A stretch of DNA of 64,000 nucleotides, taken from a virus. The notes below the pieces were generated by a model. It ran no database searches. It saw only the letters and a list, made by a program, of their open reading frames with translations, and was not told the origin of the DNA. Each line of letters starts with the position of its first letter. The first letter of the stretch is position 1. Shown piece after piece: positions 10,110 through 20,579 of the stretch. The position numbers and the translations under genes were made by a program. Location of the stretch: positions 89,953 to 153,952 of IMG/VR virus record IMGVR_UViG_3300041964_000083; one strand, 5' to 3'.

Positions 10110-10592
10110 TTATGCAACCTCATCATCCAACACCCAATACTTAAAGGTTACACCCAATGCTGGTGTAGGCTTTACCGCAATACCAACAGCTAGCAAACTC
10201 GCTACACAAATTGCCAGTGTAGGTGTATCAGCCGTAGCATCACAAAACCCCATGTGACAGTGCCAAGCACGGATAGGGTGTTTAAGCCATCCTTTTTCAA
10301 GCGTAAATTCATGATTTGGGTACATCTTTTCTGCTACAGCCCAAGCCAAAGCCATAGAGCGACTTGGATTCCAAGATGTACCACGCAATCCAATACTATC
10401 TACTTGATAGAGCGCCCAACCATTACATTCTTTTGGCTCGAATATCTCGTAGATTAGGATTTCCCCTTCTTCGGGAACGGTTTCATCCCAATCGATTACT
10501 CGCCAACCCATCACCTTCTCGGCAACTAATCGATCTAAAGCGTTGTAAGAGTCAACTGACAACGTTTCGATGTCATTACGGTTTCTTCTCAT
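10110..10592 (-). CDS. Phage ABA-sandwich (BC1872-like) domain protein
   Basis: LDRLVAEKVMGW...WNPSRSMALAWAVAEKM...ADTPTLAICVASL pattern. Confidence 0.7.
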   Translation of the reverse strand: MRRNRNDIETLSVDSYNALDRLVAEKVMGWRVIDWDETVPEEGEILIYEIFEPKECNGWALYQVDSIGLRGTSWNPSRSMALAWAVAEKMYPNHEFTLEKGWLKHPIRAWHCHMGFCDATADTPTLAICVASLLAVGIAVKPTPALGVTFKYWVLDDEVA

Positions 10593-11038
10593 GATTTGCC
10601 TTCAATGCGTCGTTGTTCTTGCTCTATCATGCTTAGAAATTTCTCTCGAACTTCCCATGCTCGCTGGAGTTTCGGAACATCAGCTGAATTTGCTTCTTTA
10701 GCTTGGGATAGTGCGATCGCGTATGCATGACGTTCTAGATAAATCTGGTGCAGCGATATCTCCGTAGAGATGATCGCAATTGGTAACTTTTTCAGGTCAC
10801 TTGTCATGTACACAAATGGCTGACCCTTCACCTCGACATAACAATCACCCAATGGGTTAACCAGCATAACGATGCCGCGCTCTCCGGTTGGTAACTCCGC
10901 GCAGCTACCTTGACTGATTTTTTGTTCTTTCTCAACTTTGACCAGCTTTTCGAGTTTTACGGGTTCGATGCGGTTTTCTACTTCGGTGTTGGGAACCAAA
11001 TCCGGAAATAGAGATGGTTGGATTGGTTGGTTGTTCAT
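10589..11038 (-). CDS. Hypothetical protein with QPSLF motif
   Basis: 149-aa ORF, coupled to neighbours. Confidence 0.6.
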   Translation of the reverse strand: MNNQPIQPSLFPDLVPNTEVENRIEPVKLEKLVKVEKEQKISQGSCAELPTGERGIVMLVNPLGDCYVEVKGQPFVYMTSDLKKLPIAIISTEISLHQIYLERHAYAIALSQAKEANSADVPKLQRAWEVREKFLSMIEQEQRRIEGKS

Positions 11039-11595
11039 ACGCGATCGCCTCCTCTACGAGTTTCCCTTAACTGCTGAAACTCTTCAATTGTCGATTCAAC
11101 ATCAAACAGACTATCAGCAGGTTTGCCACTTGACTCTTTAACCTTCTCAAAAAAGTCTTTTAGAAATTCATCGCTTTCCATTGTTTCTGCCGCCCTTAAG
11201 ATATCTAGCGCCTGCCCTCGCCATGCCGTAAAACGACTAGGATTCTCCTCCCTAAACTTCCTAAATTCTAAGAGTAGCGCACCAGCAATTTCCAGCTCCA
11301 CGCCTATAACACGAGTCATCCATTCAATAAGTAGGCTATCAGTTTCAGCTGCAATCGCGCACTGCATTATCCCTAGGGCAAACTCGAAAGCTTCGGTGGG
11401 TGTGAATTCTGTCCTGTTTTTGTCCCAAGCCACATCAACCATTGGCTTTTTGTCGCGACTATTTACCCGTGAGTGAACATAAATTTCACCAGCACTGTAT
11501 TCAGTCAATACCCCAATTTTCTTTTTCTCAGATGGAGGTAAGCGCTTGAGTTCCGCAAACGTTGTTTTCCTGGCGGTTTTACCAAATCCTTTCAT
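11035..11595 (-). CDS. Hypothetical phage protein
   Basis: 186-aa ORF starting MKGFG. Confidence 0.65.
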   Translation of the reverse strand: MKGFGKTARKTTFAELKRLPPSEKKKIGVLTEYSAGEIYVHSRVNSRDKKPMVDVAWDKNRTEFTPTEAFEFALGIMQCAIAAETDSLLIEWMTRVIGVELEIAGALLLEFRKFREENPSRFTAWRGQALDILRAAETMESDEFLKDFFEKVKESSGKPADSLFDVESTIEEFQQLRETRRGGDRV

Positions 11596-12788
11596 CAGTT
11601 ATCTATAATCTCCAATCCTGTCTCTCTTGCAACTTGCTGGGTAAATGATTCCCAGTTCTCACCGCCATACTTTAAACGGGTGCGTTGAACGCTACTGATA
11701 GCATTATCAATCGCTTCAACGACTAAATCATCCCAAGGCGTATCGAGGTTCGTTGTAGATGCGCCCGTACCAAATAGCGCATCGTCACCGCAGTCATAAG
11801 AATTCTCGCCCTTTCCTGGCATGGGAATCCCACCCACAATTTCAAGCCCAACATCTTTTCGGGTTCGCTTGAGGAAAGGGAAACGCGATCGCGTCCATGT
11901 TCTGATTTCTAGCTTGGCATTGGCTTTGTAGATTCGGTTATCGAAATGAATATCAACAGGTCGTTCGCCCTCAACTTGTGTAGTGCAACGCTCCCGTCCA
12001 AGTAGTAAATCGGTTGGATGAATAACGATTCGTCGCCAATCATTATTCCTCCAGCAGTCAACTTCCGCAAATAGATAAATCCAAATAATGCCGTGATGAA
12101 TTCTAAAGCTGAGTTCTCGTTCGTCTTCAGATAACCAGCTTACCCAATGGTGAGGCAGTTTTTCAATGGATAGAAAAACACTAAATAGAAGTAACCCAAC
12201 ATGGAAAGTTACTACATTCTCAATCCCGCCCACATTAATACTGAGAGCTAAACTATCCCATTGTGGAATAGTCCAGCTGCCATGCAATGCCCACACATCT
12301 TGCGCAGGTTCATTTTTGGAATTGAGTTTCCAATAAGTGAGGGTTCGACTTCCTGCAATCCATGCTCTACCTCTATCATCTCGATTATTGTCTACAGACC
12401 AGAAAGTGTAATGTAGCTTCCATTTGAGAAACAAATGCCAATTAATTCGCGCTAAACCGTTAACTAACCCGATGATGGGGTTATCTAATAGTCGATAAAA
12501 TTCATCCGCGCAAGGCTCAATTAGCGTCAACATATCCATGTAGTTGTCAGCTAGCCAGTTTCTTTCAGTGTCACTAGCAGCACGCCTAAACAACGTTGAT
12601 ATGTATTCACCCAACTTAGCTAAATTAAAATCTGGGAAACTTAGTATTTCCTGAACAAATACGCGATCGCACCCGTTCTCTACCATGTAAGCCTCTATCC
12701 ATTTGAGTTCGCGCCACTCGTCTCCATGCACGTTAGCAATTAGTTCCCAGTCCCGCATTAGCATAAGTGCCACTCTTCCTGATAACAA
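11595..12788 (-). CDS. Hypothetical Trp-rich phage protein (start uncertain)
   Basis: 397-aa ORF containing GKGENSYDCGDDA. Confidence 0.65.
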   Translation of the reverse strand: MLSGRVALMLMRDWELIANVHGDEWRELKWIEAYMVENGCDRVFVQEILSFPDFNLAKLGEYISTLFRRAASDTERNWLADNYMDMLTLIEPCADEFYRLLDNPIIGLVNGLARINWHLFLKWKLHYTFWSVDNNRDDRGRAWIAGSRTLTYWKLNSKNEPAQDVWALHGSWTIPQWDSLALSINVGGIENVVTFHVGLLLFSVFLSIEKLPHHWVSWLSEDERELSFRIHHGIIWIYLFAEVDCWRNNDWRRIVIHPTDLLLGRERCTTQVEGERPVDIHFDNRIYKANAKLEIRTWTRSRFPFLKRTRKDVGLEIVGGIPMPGKGENSYDCGDDALFGTGASTTNLDTPWDDLVVEAIDNAISSVQRTRLKYGGENWESFTQQVARETGLEIIDN

Positions 12789-12995
12789 TAGTGATAGAAC
12801 CTTTAGGTAAGCCTCACACTAAATCTACCTCAATATGCCTTGGTTTGTTATTGTTCAGTCTGCTACAGAAAAACCAGACCATCTGACTGTTTGGACTCGA
12901 TTTCCCGTAGGAACAGAACGATACGCTTATGTGGGTAGCGTATCTCACGAAGATTTTGCAGAATTAAAGGAACAACACCGAGTAGTTGTCGCAAA

Positions 12996-13268
12996 GTGGC
13001 TAAAAAAGTACGTACTGCAACCAAAACAGTAAAAGTGAAGGTAAAGCGTAAACCAATTCCTCCGGGTATTCGTTATGACGCACTCTCTAAAGCTAATTTT
13101 CGCTGCCAGTCTTGCGGTGTGCTATCTCGAAATGCACGGCTGGAAATCGATCACAAAATACCCGTGGCGAAAGGTGGGACTAATGCGATCGCGAACCTAC
13201 AAGTTTTATGCGTTGCCTGTAATCGCGGGAAAGGTGCAAAGCTCAAGCGCAAGAGAAAACAGATATGA
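12996..13268 (+). CDS. HNH endonuclease
   Basis: CQSCG...EIDHKIPVAKGGTNAIANLQVLCVACNRGK. Confidence 0.92.
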   Translation: MAKKVRTATKTVKVKVKRKPIPPGIRYDALSKANFRCQSCGVLSRNARLEIDHKIPVAKGGTNAIANLQVLCVACNRGKGAKLKRKRKQI

Positions 13269-13597
13269 AAAAGAATAAGGGTTTTGGTACTCCACAGGAG
13301 AAATGTCAACCTTTGCTACTTTTGGTAGGTGATGGCGTTTCACCAGATGTTTTGGCAAAAGATCCAAACATTCAAAAAACTTACCCTGGTATCACCGCAA
13401 AGGAATTCATATGGATAAAAGCAACCAGAATGGAAGAGTTTGGGTCTTTTCCTAAAACAATAGAATTACAAACTGACGACGGAAAGATTCAACGTATTTA
13501 CAAAATACCAAAAGACACAGCAACGCAACTCAAGAAAACAAGACGAGTTTATATCGAATCTGACATAAACTGGAGTAAGTTTGACGGCTTATCCTAG
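13265..13597 (+). CDS. Hypothetical protein
   Basis: 110-aa ORF with KGFG. Confidence 0.6.
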   Translation: MKKNKGFGTPQEKCQPLLLLVGDGVSPDVLAKDPNIQKTYPGITAKEFIWIKATRMEEFGSFPKTIELQTDDGKIQRIYKIPKDTATQLKKTRRVYIESDINWSKFDGLS

Positions 13598-13617
13598 AGC
13601 TACATTTGAATGTGCGA

Positions 13618-13851
13618 TTATTCTTGCGATCGCGTGTTAACCACAGCGGCTTGACCCCTCTCCCCTATCTGCAAACCAAGTCGAGAGAGATAGTTATCGC
13701 CATAATCAACTCTCCATGCGTCCGATGGTGAAGTGGCTTCTACTTTGACAACTACTCCGGTATCCCCGTCTGGGTGTCTAATCGTGTCGCCTTCATGGAT
13801 TGGTTTTTCTGCGAAGTCACTCCACGGTGCTTTTTCAGGTTGTTTAGTCAT
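13618..13851 (-). CDS. Small YopX-like hypothetical protein
   Basis: DFAEKPIHEGDTI resembles the YopX D..GK.IYEGDI motif. Confidence 0.5.
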   Translation of the reverse strand: MTKQPEKAPWSDFAEKPIHEGDTIRHPDGDTGVVVKVEATSPSDAWRVDYGDNYLSRLGLQIGERGQAAVVNTRSQE

Positions 13852-13857
13852 GCGTTT

Positions 13858-14793
13858 TTAATATGGAAGTTCGTTCTCAGGGAACGGTGTGTCAACTTGA
13901 AGACTGGGTTCAGCTTCGTGTCGAGTGAATCGTTGTCGCCACAATTCATGAGCTTTCTTTGCGCTCATGACACACCCATCTTCACAAACAATTAAAACAG
14001 CTAATGGTAATCCTCCATCTTTTAAAATGTACTCGCAATCATGCTCAAAGGTAAAGTTACGGGGTTTTACGTACTGGTTAGACTCAACCTGTGATGCTCT
14101 ATCTAGTACTTCTTCGCGAGGGTCGGGCAGAGCAAGTTCTTTGCGACGGTAGCGAACAACGCCCGCAAAGAACTTGTTAAATACAAGAGAGATAATCGCA
14201 CCCTTATGCTCTGGTAATCCATCAAACCCATCCTTCTCTTCGCCGTAATGCTGACGCAGCAGATTCTCTAGGTGTTCGTAGAGCAGAAGTGCTTTGGCAA
14301 AATTAAAGTTTTGAATAACTGTTGCTTGCCCCCATTGACCCGCTTTGAACTTACGCTCTTCACAGGTGAATAAGTTAAAGGTATCCGAAAGCATTTTCTT
14401 GGTTTTCCAAAGCGTCGTGCGTCCGGTGTTGGCTCCTTTCCAATAAGTTTTGAGGTATAGTGCAACCGTTTGCATCCCACACCGGAACTTTCTAACACCA
14501 CGGGATAGAGCTTGTCCAATATTCTCGACAACTCGGTGGAAGCCTGATTGTTTATAGGTTTTGGTTCTAAATGCTTTCTTGACTTGCACCAACACCTTCA
14601 TCTCTCTTGCAGCGCGATAGATGAGGATGTTGAGAAGTCCCATCGTGGTTAAAATCTTTTCTTTACTCCATACCCTCGTGGCTGTGGCGATGTTGCCAGA
14701 GGTAATGGCAGTAAATTCAGTGACGCAATCGGTTATCTGCTGGGCAGTTAGGGGTTTTGGAGCGAAGCCTTTGGGAAATGTAGGGATAACCAT
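13858..14793 (-). CDS. Putative winged-HTH DNA-binding / replication-initiator-like protein, paralog B
   Basis: Paralog of 5758..6546 with the same upstream architecture. Confidence 0.6.
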   Translation of the reverse strand: MVIPTFPKGFAPKPLTAQQITDCVTEFTAITSGNIATATRVWSKEKILTTMGLLNILIYRAAREMKVLVQVKKAFRTKTYKQSGFHRVVENIGQALSRGVRKFRCGMQTVALYLKTYWKGANTGRTTLWKTKKMLSDTFNLFTCEERKFKAGQWGQATVIQNFNFAKALLLYEHLENLLRQHYGEEKDGFDGLPEHKGAIISLVFNKFFAGVVRYRRKELALPDPREEVLDRASQVESNQYVKPRNFTFEHDCEYILKDGGLPLAVLIVCEDGCVMSAKKAHELWRQRFTRHEAEPSLQVDTPFPENELPY

Positions 14794-14889
14794 GTTACGA
14801 TGGGGATGCTTTTTTGATAAATTGGTAAGCCGCTCGTTGTTGAAGCAACTGGCGGCTATTTTTTTGTATTATGCCACGGAAAGCTAGTT

Positions 14890-15048
14890 AAACGCACCGT
14901 GAACGTATAAGCATTTTTGTTAATCTTGTAAGTCTATTTGTTAACCCAAAGTGGTAGGAAGGGATCAATGGACTAGAGCGAACAAGCAAAAGTGAAAAAT
15001 AAAACTCTTTAACTTTAAGACTGATGCTTATACGTTCACGGTGCGTTT
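14890..15048. repeat. Perfect 25-bp inverted repeats 109 bp apart
   Basis: aaacgcaccgtgaacgtataagcat at 14890-14914 and atgcttatacgttcacggtgcgttt at 15024-15048. Confidence 0.92.
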
Positions 15049-15161
15049 TGTGTAAAGATATGTAACAAGCTGACAACGAATCGTTGTCAGCTTGGGGCGT
15101 GGTTGTAGCTTAAAATGAATAGTGAGATCGCACTATTCGAGTTAAAGCAAATAGCCCAACT

Positions 15162-15893
15162 ATGTCAATCACTAATCAACCTGTTGCATTCCCAAAGGCA
15201 ATATGTGAAAACGAAATGATAGCTTGGTTGCTGGATCAGTTTGTATGTGAAGCCGACATAGACAAAACTCCTTTTTCTTTAATGGCATGGGCTGATTTAA
15301 TGAAACAAGGACTTGTTGATGTTTTTAAAACTCCAGCAGGTTATAAAGACCCGTCAGGAGATCTTGTTTTGCGAGGTATAGTTAGAATCAAAACTGACGC
15401 ATCGCCTGAGTCTTTAACTATCTTTGGAGAAAGAGCAAAGGTTGATTTTTTCGACAATATTAGTGTTTCTGAAATTGCGCCATCCCCCGCTGTTTTAGAT
15501 AACCCAACAATCAATCAAGGACGGGGTGCTGTAATTAAATGGAAATATTTATCTTTCCGCTCTGAGCATGAGGTCGTAATCGCGTCTTCTTTTGATGCCC
15601 TCGGCGTGATGTTCTTTCCCAATGCTGCCGTAAGATTGACTGAGAATGGCAAACGAGTCACCAAAGAAGTAGATTTTCTTGTTTGCAAAAATGGACGTTG
15701 GGGAATTCTAGAAGTTGACGGCTCCCAGCATAGAGAAAGTAGAGCAGAAGATATGATGCGAGATGATGCTTTTACTGATGCAGGCGTTTGGTTTATTCGT
15801 CGCTACCCCGCAAGTGTTTGTATACAAAAATCAGAATGGGTAGTACAAGACTTCATCTCACGTCTAGACGCTTACTACTTGCGATTGAAATAA
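15162..15893 (+). CDS. PD-(D/E)xK nuclease, DUF559/Vsr-like C-terminal domain
   Basis: EVDFLV...GILEVDGSQH...D..RD. Confidence 0.7.
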   Translation: MSITNQPVAFPKAICENEMIAWLLDQFVCEADIDKTPFSLMAWADLMKQGLVDVFKTPAGYKDPSGDLVLRGIVRIKTDASPESLTIFGERAKVDFFDNISVSEIAPSPAVLDNPTINQGRGAVIKWKYLSFRSEHEVVIASSFDALGVMFFPNAAVRLTENGKRVTKEVDFLVCKNGRWGILEVDGSQHRESRAEDMMRDDAFTDAGVWFIRRYPASVCIQKSEWVVQDFISRLDAYYLRLK

Positions 15894-15946
15894 CTTAATT
15901 ATTATTAAAGCGGGGATTCTATGATTTTCGGCTGTTCGTTCCATAT

Positions 15947-16669
15947 TCACCATCCCTCCGGTAACTCCACACCGATCGCGCACAAACTTCTGGTAATCCT
16001 TTCCTTATTCTCCTCGAACAGTGGGTGGTCGGGTACATCGCCACCAATAGAGGCTAGCGGGATACTGAGGGTTTCTTTGTTCTCGTCTTCCTTATCGGGT
16101 GGCGTAAGGCGATGATTAGCTTGGACGAGCATCTTGGCTAGGTCTTGAGTACCGAACTGCTGAAATAGGTCTTTGGCACGAAGCTTGAATATCAGGAGAG
16201 TGTCTACCCAAATATCAAGCTCACTATCCCCCGTGGTGTGTTTGGGTGGAGTGTCGTCCCCTGTTGAGTAGGTGTACCCCATAAGTTGGGATAGCTTTGA
16301 TAAGCCCACAACGAGTTCGTTTGTGACGGGGTGAGTAACGGGGTCGGTGCAGATGAAGAATTTGTGGCGGCAAAGGGAGGTGATGCGATCGCAGTTCACT
16401 ACCCACCCACTACTTACTTGCTTTAAATTCTCGCTCAATTCTTGTACCCCTGCAAGGGGGAGTTGATTGGCAATCTTCTGGTAGTAGCGCTTAAGAGTTT
16501 CGTAGATTTGGTACTCGACTACTTCGTTGTAGGGATAGATTTCATAGCCCTCAAGCTGGGTGAGGAGCGCTAGATGATATTGGCGGATGAGGGAAGAGTG
16601 CGCGATCGCAGGCGTCTTGATAAACGCAAAATCACCGTCGATAAAATCAATCTGCTCCCAGTTCGGCAT
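15947..16669 (-). CDS. Hypothetical protein, possible tail assembly chaperone
   Basis: 240-aa ORF at end of structural operon. Confidence 0.45.
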   Translation of the reverse strand: MPNWEQIDFIDGDFAFIKTPAIAHSSLIRQYHLALLTQLEGYEIYPYNEVVEYQIYETLKRYYQKIANQLPLAGVQELSENLKQVSSGWVVNCDRITSLCRHKFFICTDPVTHPVTNELVVGLSKLSQLMGYTYSTGDDTPPKHTTGDSELDIWVDTLLIFKLRAKDLFQQFGTQDLAKMLVQANHRLTPPDKEDENKETLSIPLASIGGDVPDHPLFEENKERITRSLCAIGVELPEGW

Positions 16670-18144
16670 CAGGCGTAATAACTCGCAGCGATAACCACAG
16701 CCCCTATTGATAACGGATAAAATTTATTTACTTTAATATCTTCTTCTACTTCAATCGTATTGTTTATGAGATTGATAACTGCTTTCCATACAGGAATATC
16801 TTTTAATTCCGCGTTTGGTGTTTTATAAATGTTTGAACTATTTTGATAAAGAGCTAATGTTTTGGTCTGCCATAACCCCTGCTGAAATTGTCCAGAATTA
16901 GCTGGGGGAAGAACTAGATAATAATTGTTATCAATTAAACTTGCACCACGCTGCGAATTTAATGATTGAAATTTATCAATGTTATAAGGAATATCAATTT
17001 TATCTTTGTTATTAGGTTTTTCATTAACAAAAACCAAGTTATTTTCTTGAGTTTCAGTTCGATCTCCATTAACCGTATTAGAAACATTCTCCTCTTGTTG
17101 GTAAATGTAAGCATTTTTCCCTGATATCTGTGGTGTAACGGTTAAAGATCGTGTTCCTGATATAACAGGTCCTGTAACACCTGTATCTGTTTGTACCGTA
17201 TCCTCATTTAAACTATATTGATATTCGGTGTTGATAATTTTTTTTGATAAACTCTTTGAATATAAAACATAAGTTGGTGTGATAGACGATTGATTTCTAA
17301 TGTCTTTAATTTTAGTTATAAAACTAGAAGAAACATTAGAAATTTGCACAGAAATTATTTCGTGAGTACGATTCATCTCATAAGATAATGCGCCTATCGT
17401 TACGTCTACCGTTTTATTAAACGCAAAACCAATATTCCCAACAGAATAAATATTATTTGTTTGTTGAAAATTATCACTTTGAGTGTAGTTAAAACTTCCT
17501 GATCCAAAAACCAAAGGACTTGTGCTTTCGTAGCTCCAGGAAGATGAGGTATCTGTGTATGTTTGCCCAATAGCTCTAACGCTCCCTTGAAATGTCCCTA
17601 CCCAATTTCCAAATCCGATCCAATTCAACAAGTATGTCCACGGCTCGGTACAGGTGTAAATTTTGTTGTTATAAACATTAACAACGCGATCACTAAACTT
17701 AAACCCAGCGACCCAATCATTCTTCCCTCGTCCCGTATTTGAAAACTGGACTACAGGAAGTGTAGTTGTAGTGTAAATTTGAACAGGTTTTTTGCGATCA
17801 CCGCCAACATACCAATCGTATCCTTGAGCGGTTCTGATATAGAAAAGAACTTTGATGGGTCCTGTGTCCACCTGAATATTGTTAGGACGCGATCGCCTAG
17901 AGATTAACGTGTTGTCAGATATAGTTTGGTTAGGAGACTGGAAGGCATACCAGGTACCATTAGCGCGTTGCAGCAAGGTAGGTTGAGTTGTACAGGGGGT
18001 AGCTGCGATCGCGTTAACACTACCATTTTCGCCCTGCACATTTACCGTACCATCAGCATTCATCCCCGTCGCTAACCCAATCGCTTCGTCTGGGTCATTG
18101 GTAAGAAAGTCGTGAAGCTCTTTGGAGGTGTCTTGGTCGCTCAA
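16669..18144 (-). CDS. Putative virion/tail protein
   Basis: 491 aa, S/T/N-rich beta composition, AT-rich central part. Confidence 0.5.
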   Translation of the reverse strand: MSDQDTSKELHDFLTNDPDEAIGLATGMNADGTVNVQGENGSVNAIAATPCTTQPTLLQRANGTWYAFQSPNQTISDNTLISRRSRPNNIQVDTGPIKVLFYIRTAQGYDWYVGGDRKKPVQIYTTTTLPVVQFSNTGRGKNDWVAGFKFSDRVVNVYNNKIYTCTEPWTYLLNWIGFGNWVGTFQGSVRAIGQTYTDTSSSWSYESTSPLVFGSGSFNYTQSDNFQQTNNIYSVGNIGFAFNKTVDVTIGALSYEMNRTHEIISVQISNVSSSFITKIKDIRNQSSITPTYVLYSKSLSKKIINTEYQYSLNEDTVQTDTGVTGPVISGTRSLTVTPQISGKNAYIYQQEENVSNTVNGDRTETQENNLVFVNEKPNNKDKIDIPYNIDKFQSLNSQRGASLIDNNYYLVLPPANSGQFQQGLWQTKTLALYQNSSNIYKTPNAELKDIPVWKAVINLINNTIEVEEDIKVNKFYPLSIGAVVIAASYYA

Positions 18145-18794
18145 AGTAAATGAAATGTTGTGCGATCGTGTAAATAAACTAACTCAATTCTACGACGTTC
18201 CTGCTCGATGTGCTGAGAGCTACGGATAAGGTCTACAAAGCTTGAAGCTAAATAGAATTCGTTGTTGTCAGCAAAAACTATCTTTGCTTCGAGGTGTTTA
18301 AATTGTTCTTGGGAGATGGATACAGCAGGCGGTTGAATAACGGGAAATTTGGCAAACTTGATGTGCTTGCCAGCGAGATCAGGGGATACTTCGATAATGC
18401 CGCCCTCGGCAATTGTAAGTTGTCCAGTTCCCGTGATTTGGGAGACTATACTCACACCCTGAGCTTCGCCTTTGGCTGGGAGATACGCGATCGCAGGTGT
18501 AGTTTCATCCTGAGCCATAATTCGCCCGGTTTTACCCAGTAGATGTAATTGCCCTTTTGTCCCATGTAGGTAGGTTTCAGCTTCAGCGTACATGGCTGGT
18601 GTTTCATCAACCTTGTACTTGCTGCCAATACTAATTGCATACAATTCAGCTCCCCCACCTAAAAAGGAGAGGGAGATGCGATCCGATGTAATCGTAATGT
18701 CGGGAGGTTTGGCGATCGCGGGTACTACTGCACCATCAGCAACAAGCCAAGCGCGAAGCGGTGTAGTATCTTCAAGCGGGGCGGGGAATACCAT
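18141..18794 (-). CDS. Putative virion structural protein
   Basis: 217-aa ORF coupled within operon. Confidence 0.45.
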   Translation of the reverse strand: MVFPAPLEDTTPLRAWLVADGAVVPAIAKPPDITITSDRISLSFLGGGAELYAISIGSKYKVDETPAMYAEAETYLHGTKGQLHLLGKTGRIMAQDETTPAIAYLPAKGEAQGVSIVSQITGTGQLTIAEGGIIEVSPDLAGKHIKFAKFPVIQPPAVSISQEQFKHLEAKIVFADNNEFYLASSFVDLIRSSQHIEQERRRIELVYLHDRTTFHLL

Positions 18795-19461
18795 TGTCTA
18801 TCTGAATGGTGTCTAGGGAACGCGGACCTTTAGCGGCATACTTCACCGGCGCTTGAAATTCAACGCTAGTTGCAGCACCCGTAAACCACTGTACCGTGAT
18901 ATCACATAGCGGTAGACCGGTGGGGTCAACTGAGTAAATAAGGTTAGCCTCCATGATTTTCACATGGCGCACACTACCAGATGCTGGGGTTGTCGTCGCG
19001 ATCGTCACGTTTCCAACAGCGGTACTACCCGCGTTGTCGAGCGTGAAAGCCAAGCCCGCTACAGCACCGGTTATCGTGATTGTGCCGTTACTGGCTTTGG
19101 CGTTTACCCTAGGGTCTTCGTTGAGCTGTTTAGCGAGGTTTTGGGCAATGATTGTCACCGTGTCAGCATTCTTTTGGCGATAGAGTGCTGTTCCTGGTGC
19201 TAGCGTCACGTTGGACGTACCACTGGTTGGTGGGGCATCACCTGCGATCGCAAGAGAATAAACGTCACCCGTTGCACCGGCTGTAATAGTAACGGTAGAT
19301 GTTTGGATTGCCGCTGCGGGGTCGAGGGAGATGTATTGCTCGACTTTGACTTGATTTTCGTTTGGCGTAGCTACCCGGCACTCTGAAACAACAGACGCTG
19401 GTGCAGTTTGAGATAGTTTTGGTCGATTAAAAGTAAGTGTTCCAGTAGCTTGATCTGGCAT
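18772..19461 (-). CDS. Putative virion/tail structural protein
   Basis: T/A-rich; IAQNLAKQLN..VNAKASNGTITITG sheath-like segment. Confidence 0.55.
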   Translation of the reverse strand: MPDQATGTLTFNRPKLSQTAPASVVSECRVATPNENQVKVEQYISLDPAAAIQTSTVTITAGATGDVYSLAIAGDAPPTSGTSNVTLAPGTALYRQKNADTVTIIAQNLAKQLNEDPRVNAKASNGTITITGAVAGLAFTLDNAGSTAVGNVTIATTTPASGSVRHVKIMEANLIYSVDPTGLPLCDITVQWFTGAATSVEFQAPVKYAAKGPRSLDTIQIDNGIPRPA

Positions 19462-19564
19462 AGCTGGTATAGGTTTTGAGTTGCAACTACTTCAACTTCT
19501 AACCTATGTAGTAGTTCAATCGACTGAATCACTCGAAATTGCATCGGCTGACAACGATTCGTTG

Positions 19565-19780
19565 TCAGTCATCGGCTGTTGGGTTGTTTAGCGATCGCGC
19601 ATACCTCTCTACTAACTCGCTCCGACTAATCCCCAACCTTGTAGCTTCGGCATCAAGATTGGTGCGTGCCGTAGGCGTAAGCGATAAGTTGACATTTACC
19701 TTAGCTTCGCCATGTTCTGTTCTAGCCTCCCCTTTCTTCGGTTTTGTTTTAGTGAATCTTGTTTTTCCCATTATTGACAA
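19565..19780 (-). CDS. Ribbon-helix-helix regulator
   Basis: KVNVNLSLTPTARTNLDAEATRLGISRSELVER. Confidence 0.85.
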   Translation of the reverse strand: MSIMGKTRFTKTKPKKGEARTEHGEAKVNVNLSLTPTARTNLDAEATRLGISRSELVERYARSLNNPTADD

Positions 19781-19817
19781 CGTTTTGAATATTGCGTATT
19801 ATTAAGTTATCAACTTT

Positions 19818-20579
19818 ATGAGAAAAGGTCAAATGACTCAATTTAAAGGATTTGGTTCAGCCCCAAAACTAATAAAAGGATGGCTGCTCCCAGAGTTGCA
19901 AGAGAATTACACCGACAACGCATACAACATGGCGTCATTAAAAACAACGATAAACCTATGGACTGGTTATCTTTGTTACCGAAAAGTAGACAAAAGTGAT
20001 TGTTTTGAGCGTCGAGTTGAAGTGGCGTCATCTTGTTTTGCTTTGTTATGCCAAATAGATTCCGAGCTTGACAAACTAACAGCCGATGAAACAAACTTTA
20101 AGTCTTTGATTAATCGATTGAAAAATGATGATGACTTTTATATTTCGTTTATCAACAAAAGGTACGAATTAGTCAAAGCTCGGACACTTGCAGGAGATAC
20201 CGAAGATTTGAATGTACTGATCAAAGAGTCATACGACTACAAGGATTGGCTTAAAGAATCTGGTGTTTTGTCTGCTGGTATTGAGTTAGTTGATGGCTGG
20301 GGGCATCCATTATCAGCAGCAGGTAAGGTAATTGACGGCGAAGAAACAATGAATACTTGGGCATTTGCCAGCATGATTTGCGCTACAGCCACAAAACGAC
20401 TAGAAGGTGGAAATCAAGAAAAAGCCGTTTCTATGTTGATTACATTTGGCGTACTTGAACCTGAAACATGGCAAACAAAAGTTGAAATATGTCGGCAAAT
20501 AGACGCTGAGTACATTCAAATAATCAATCGCTGCCACGCTGAACTTGAAAACAAGCTGGAAAAAGCTTTTGAGAAGTAG
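19818..20579 (+). CDS. Hypothetical protein
   Basis: 253-aa ORF divergent from RHH. Confidence 0.65.
   Translation: MRKGQMTQFKGFGSAPKLIKGWLLPELQENYTDNAYNMASLKTTINLWTGYLCYRKVDKSDCFERRVEVASSCFALLCQIDSELDKLTADETNFKSLINRLKNDDDFYISFINKRYELVKARTLAGDTEDLNVLIKESYDYKDWLKESGVLSAGIELVDGWGHPLSAAGKVIDGEETMNTWAFASMICATATKRLEGGNQEKAVSMLITFGVLEPETWQTKVEICRQIDAEYIQIINRCHAELENKLEKAFEK

Noticed and set aside
14890-15048. Retron msr-msd or MITE
   Set aside because: No reverse transcriptase in the window, no target duplication, and fixed geometry relative to a paralogous gene argues for a cis site
16669-18144. DGR variable region in the AT-rich virion gene
   Set aside because: No template repeat or reverse transcriptase seen in the window
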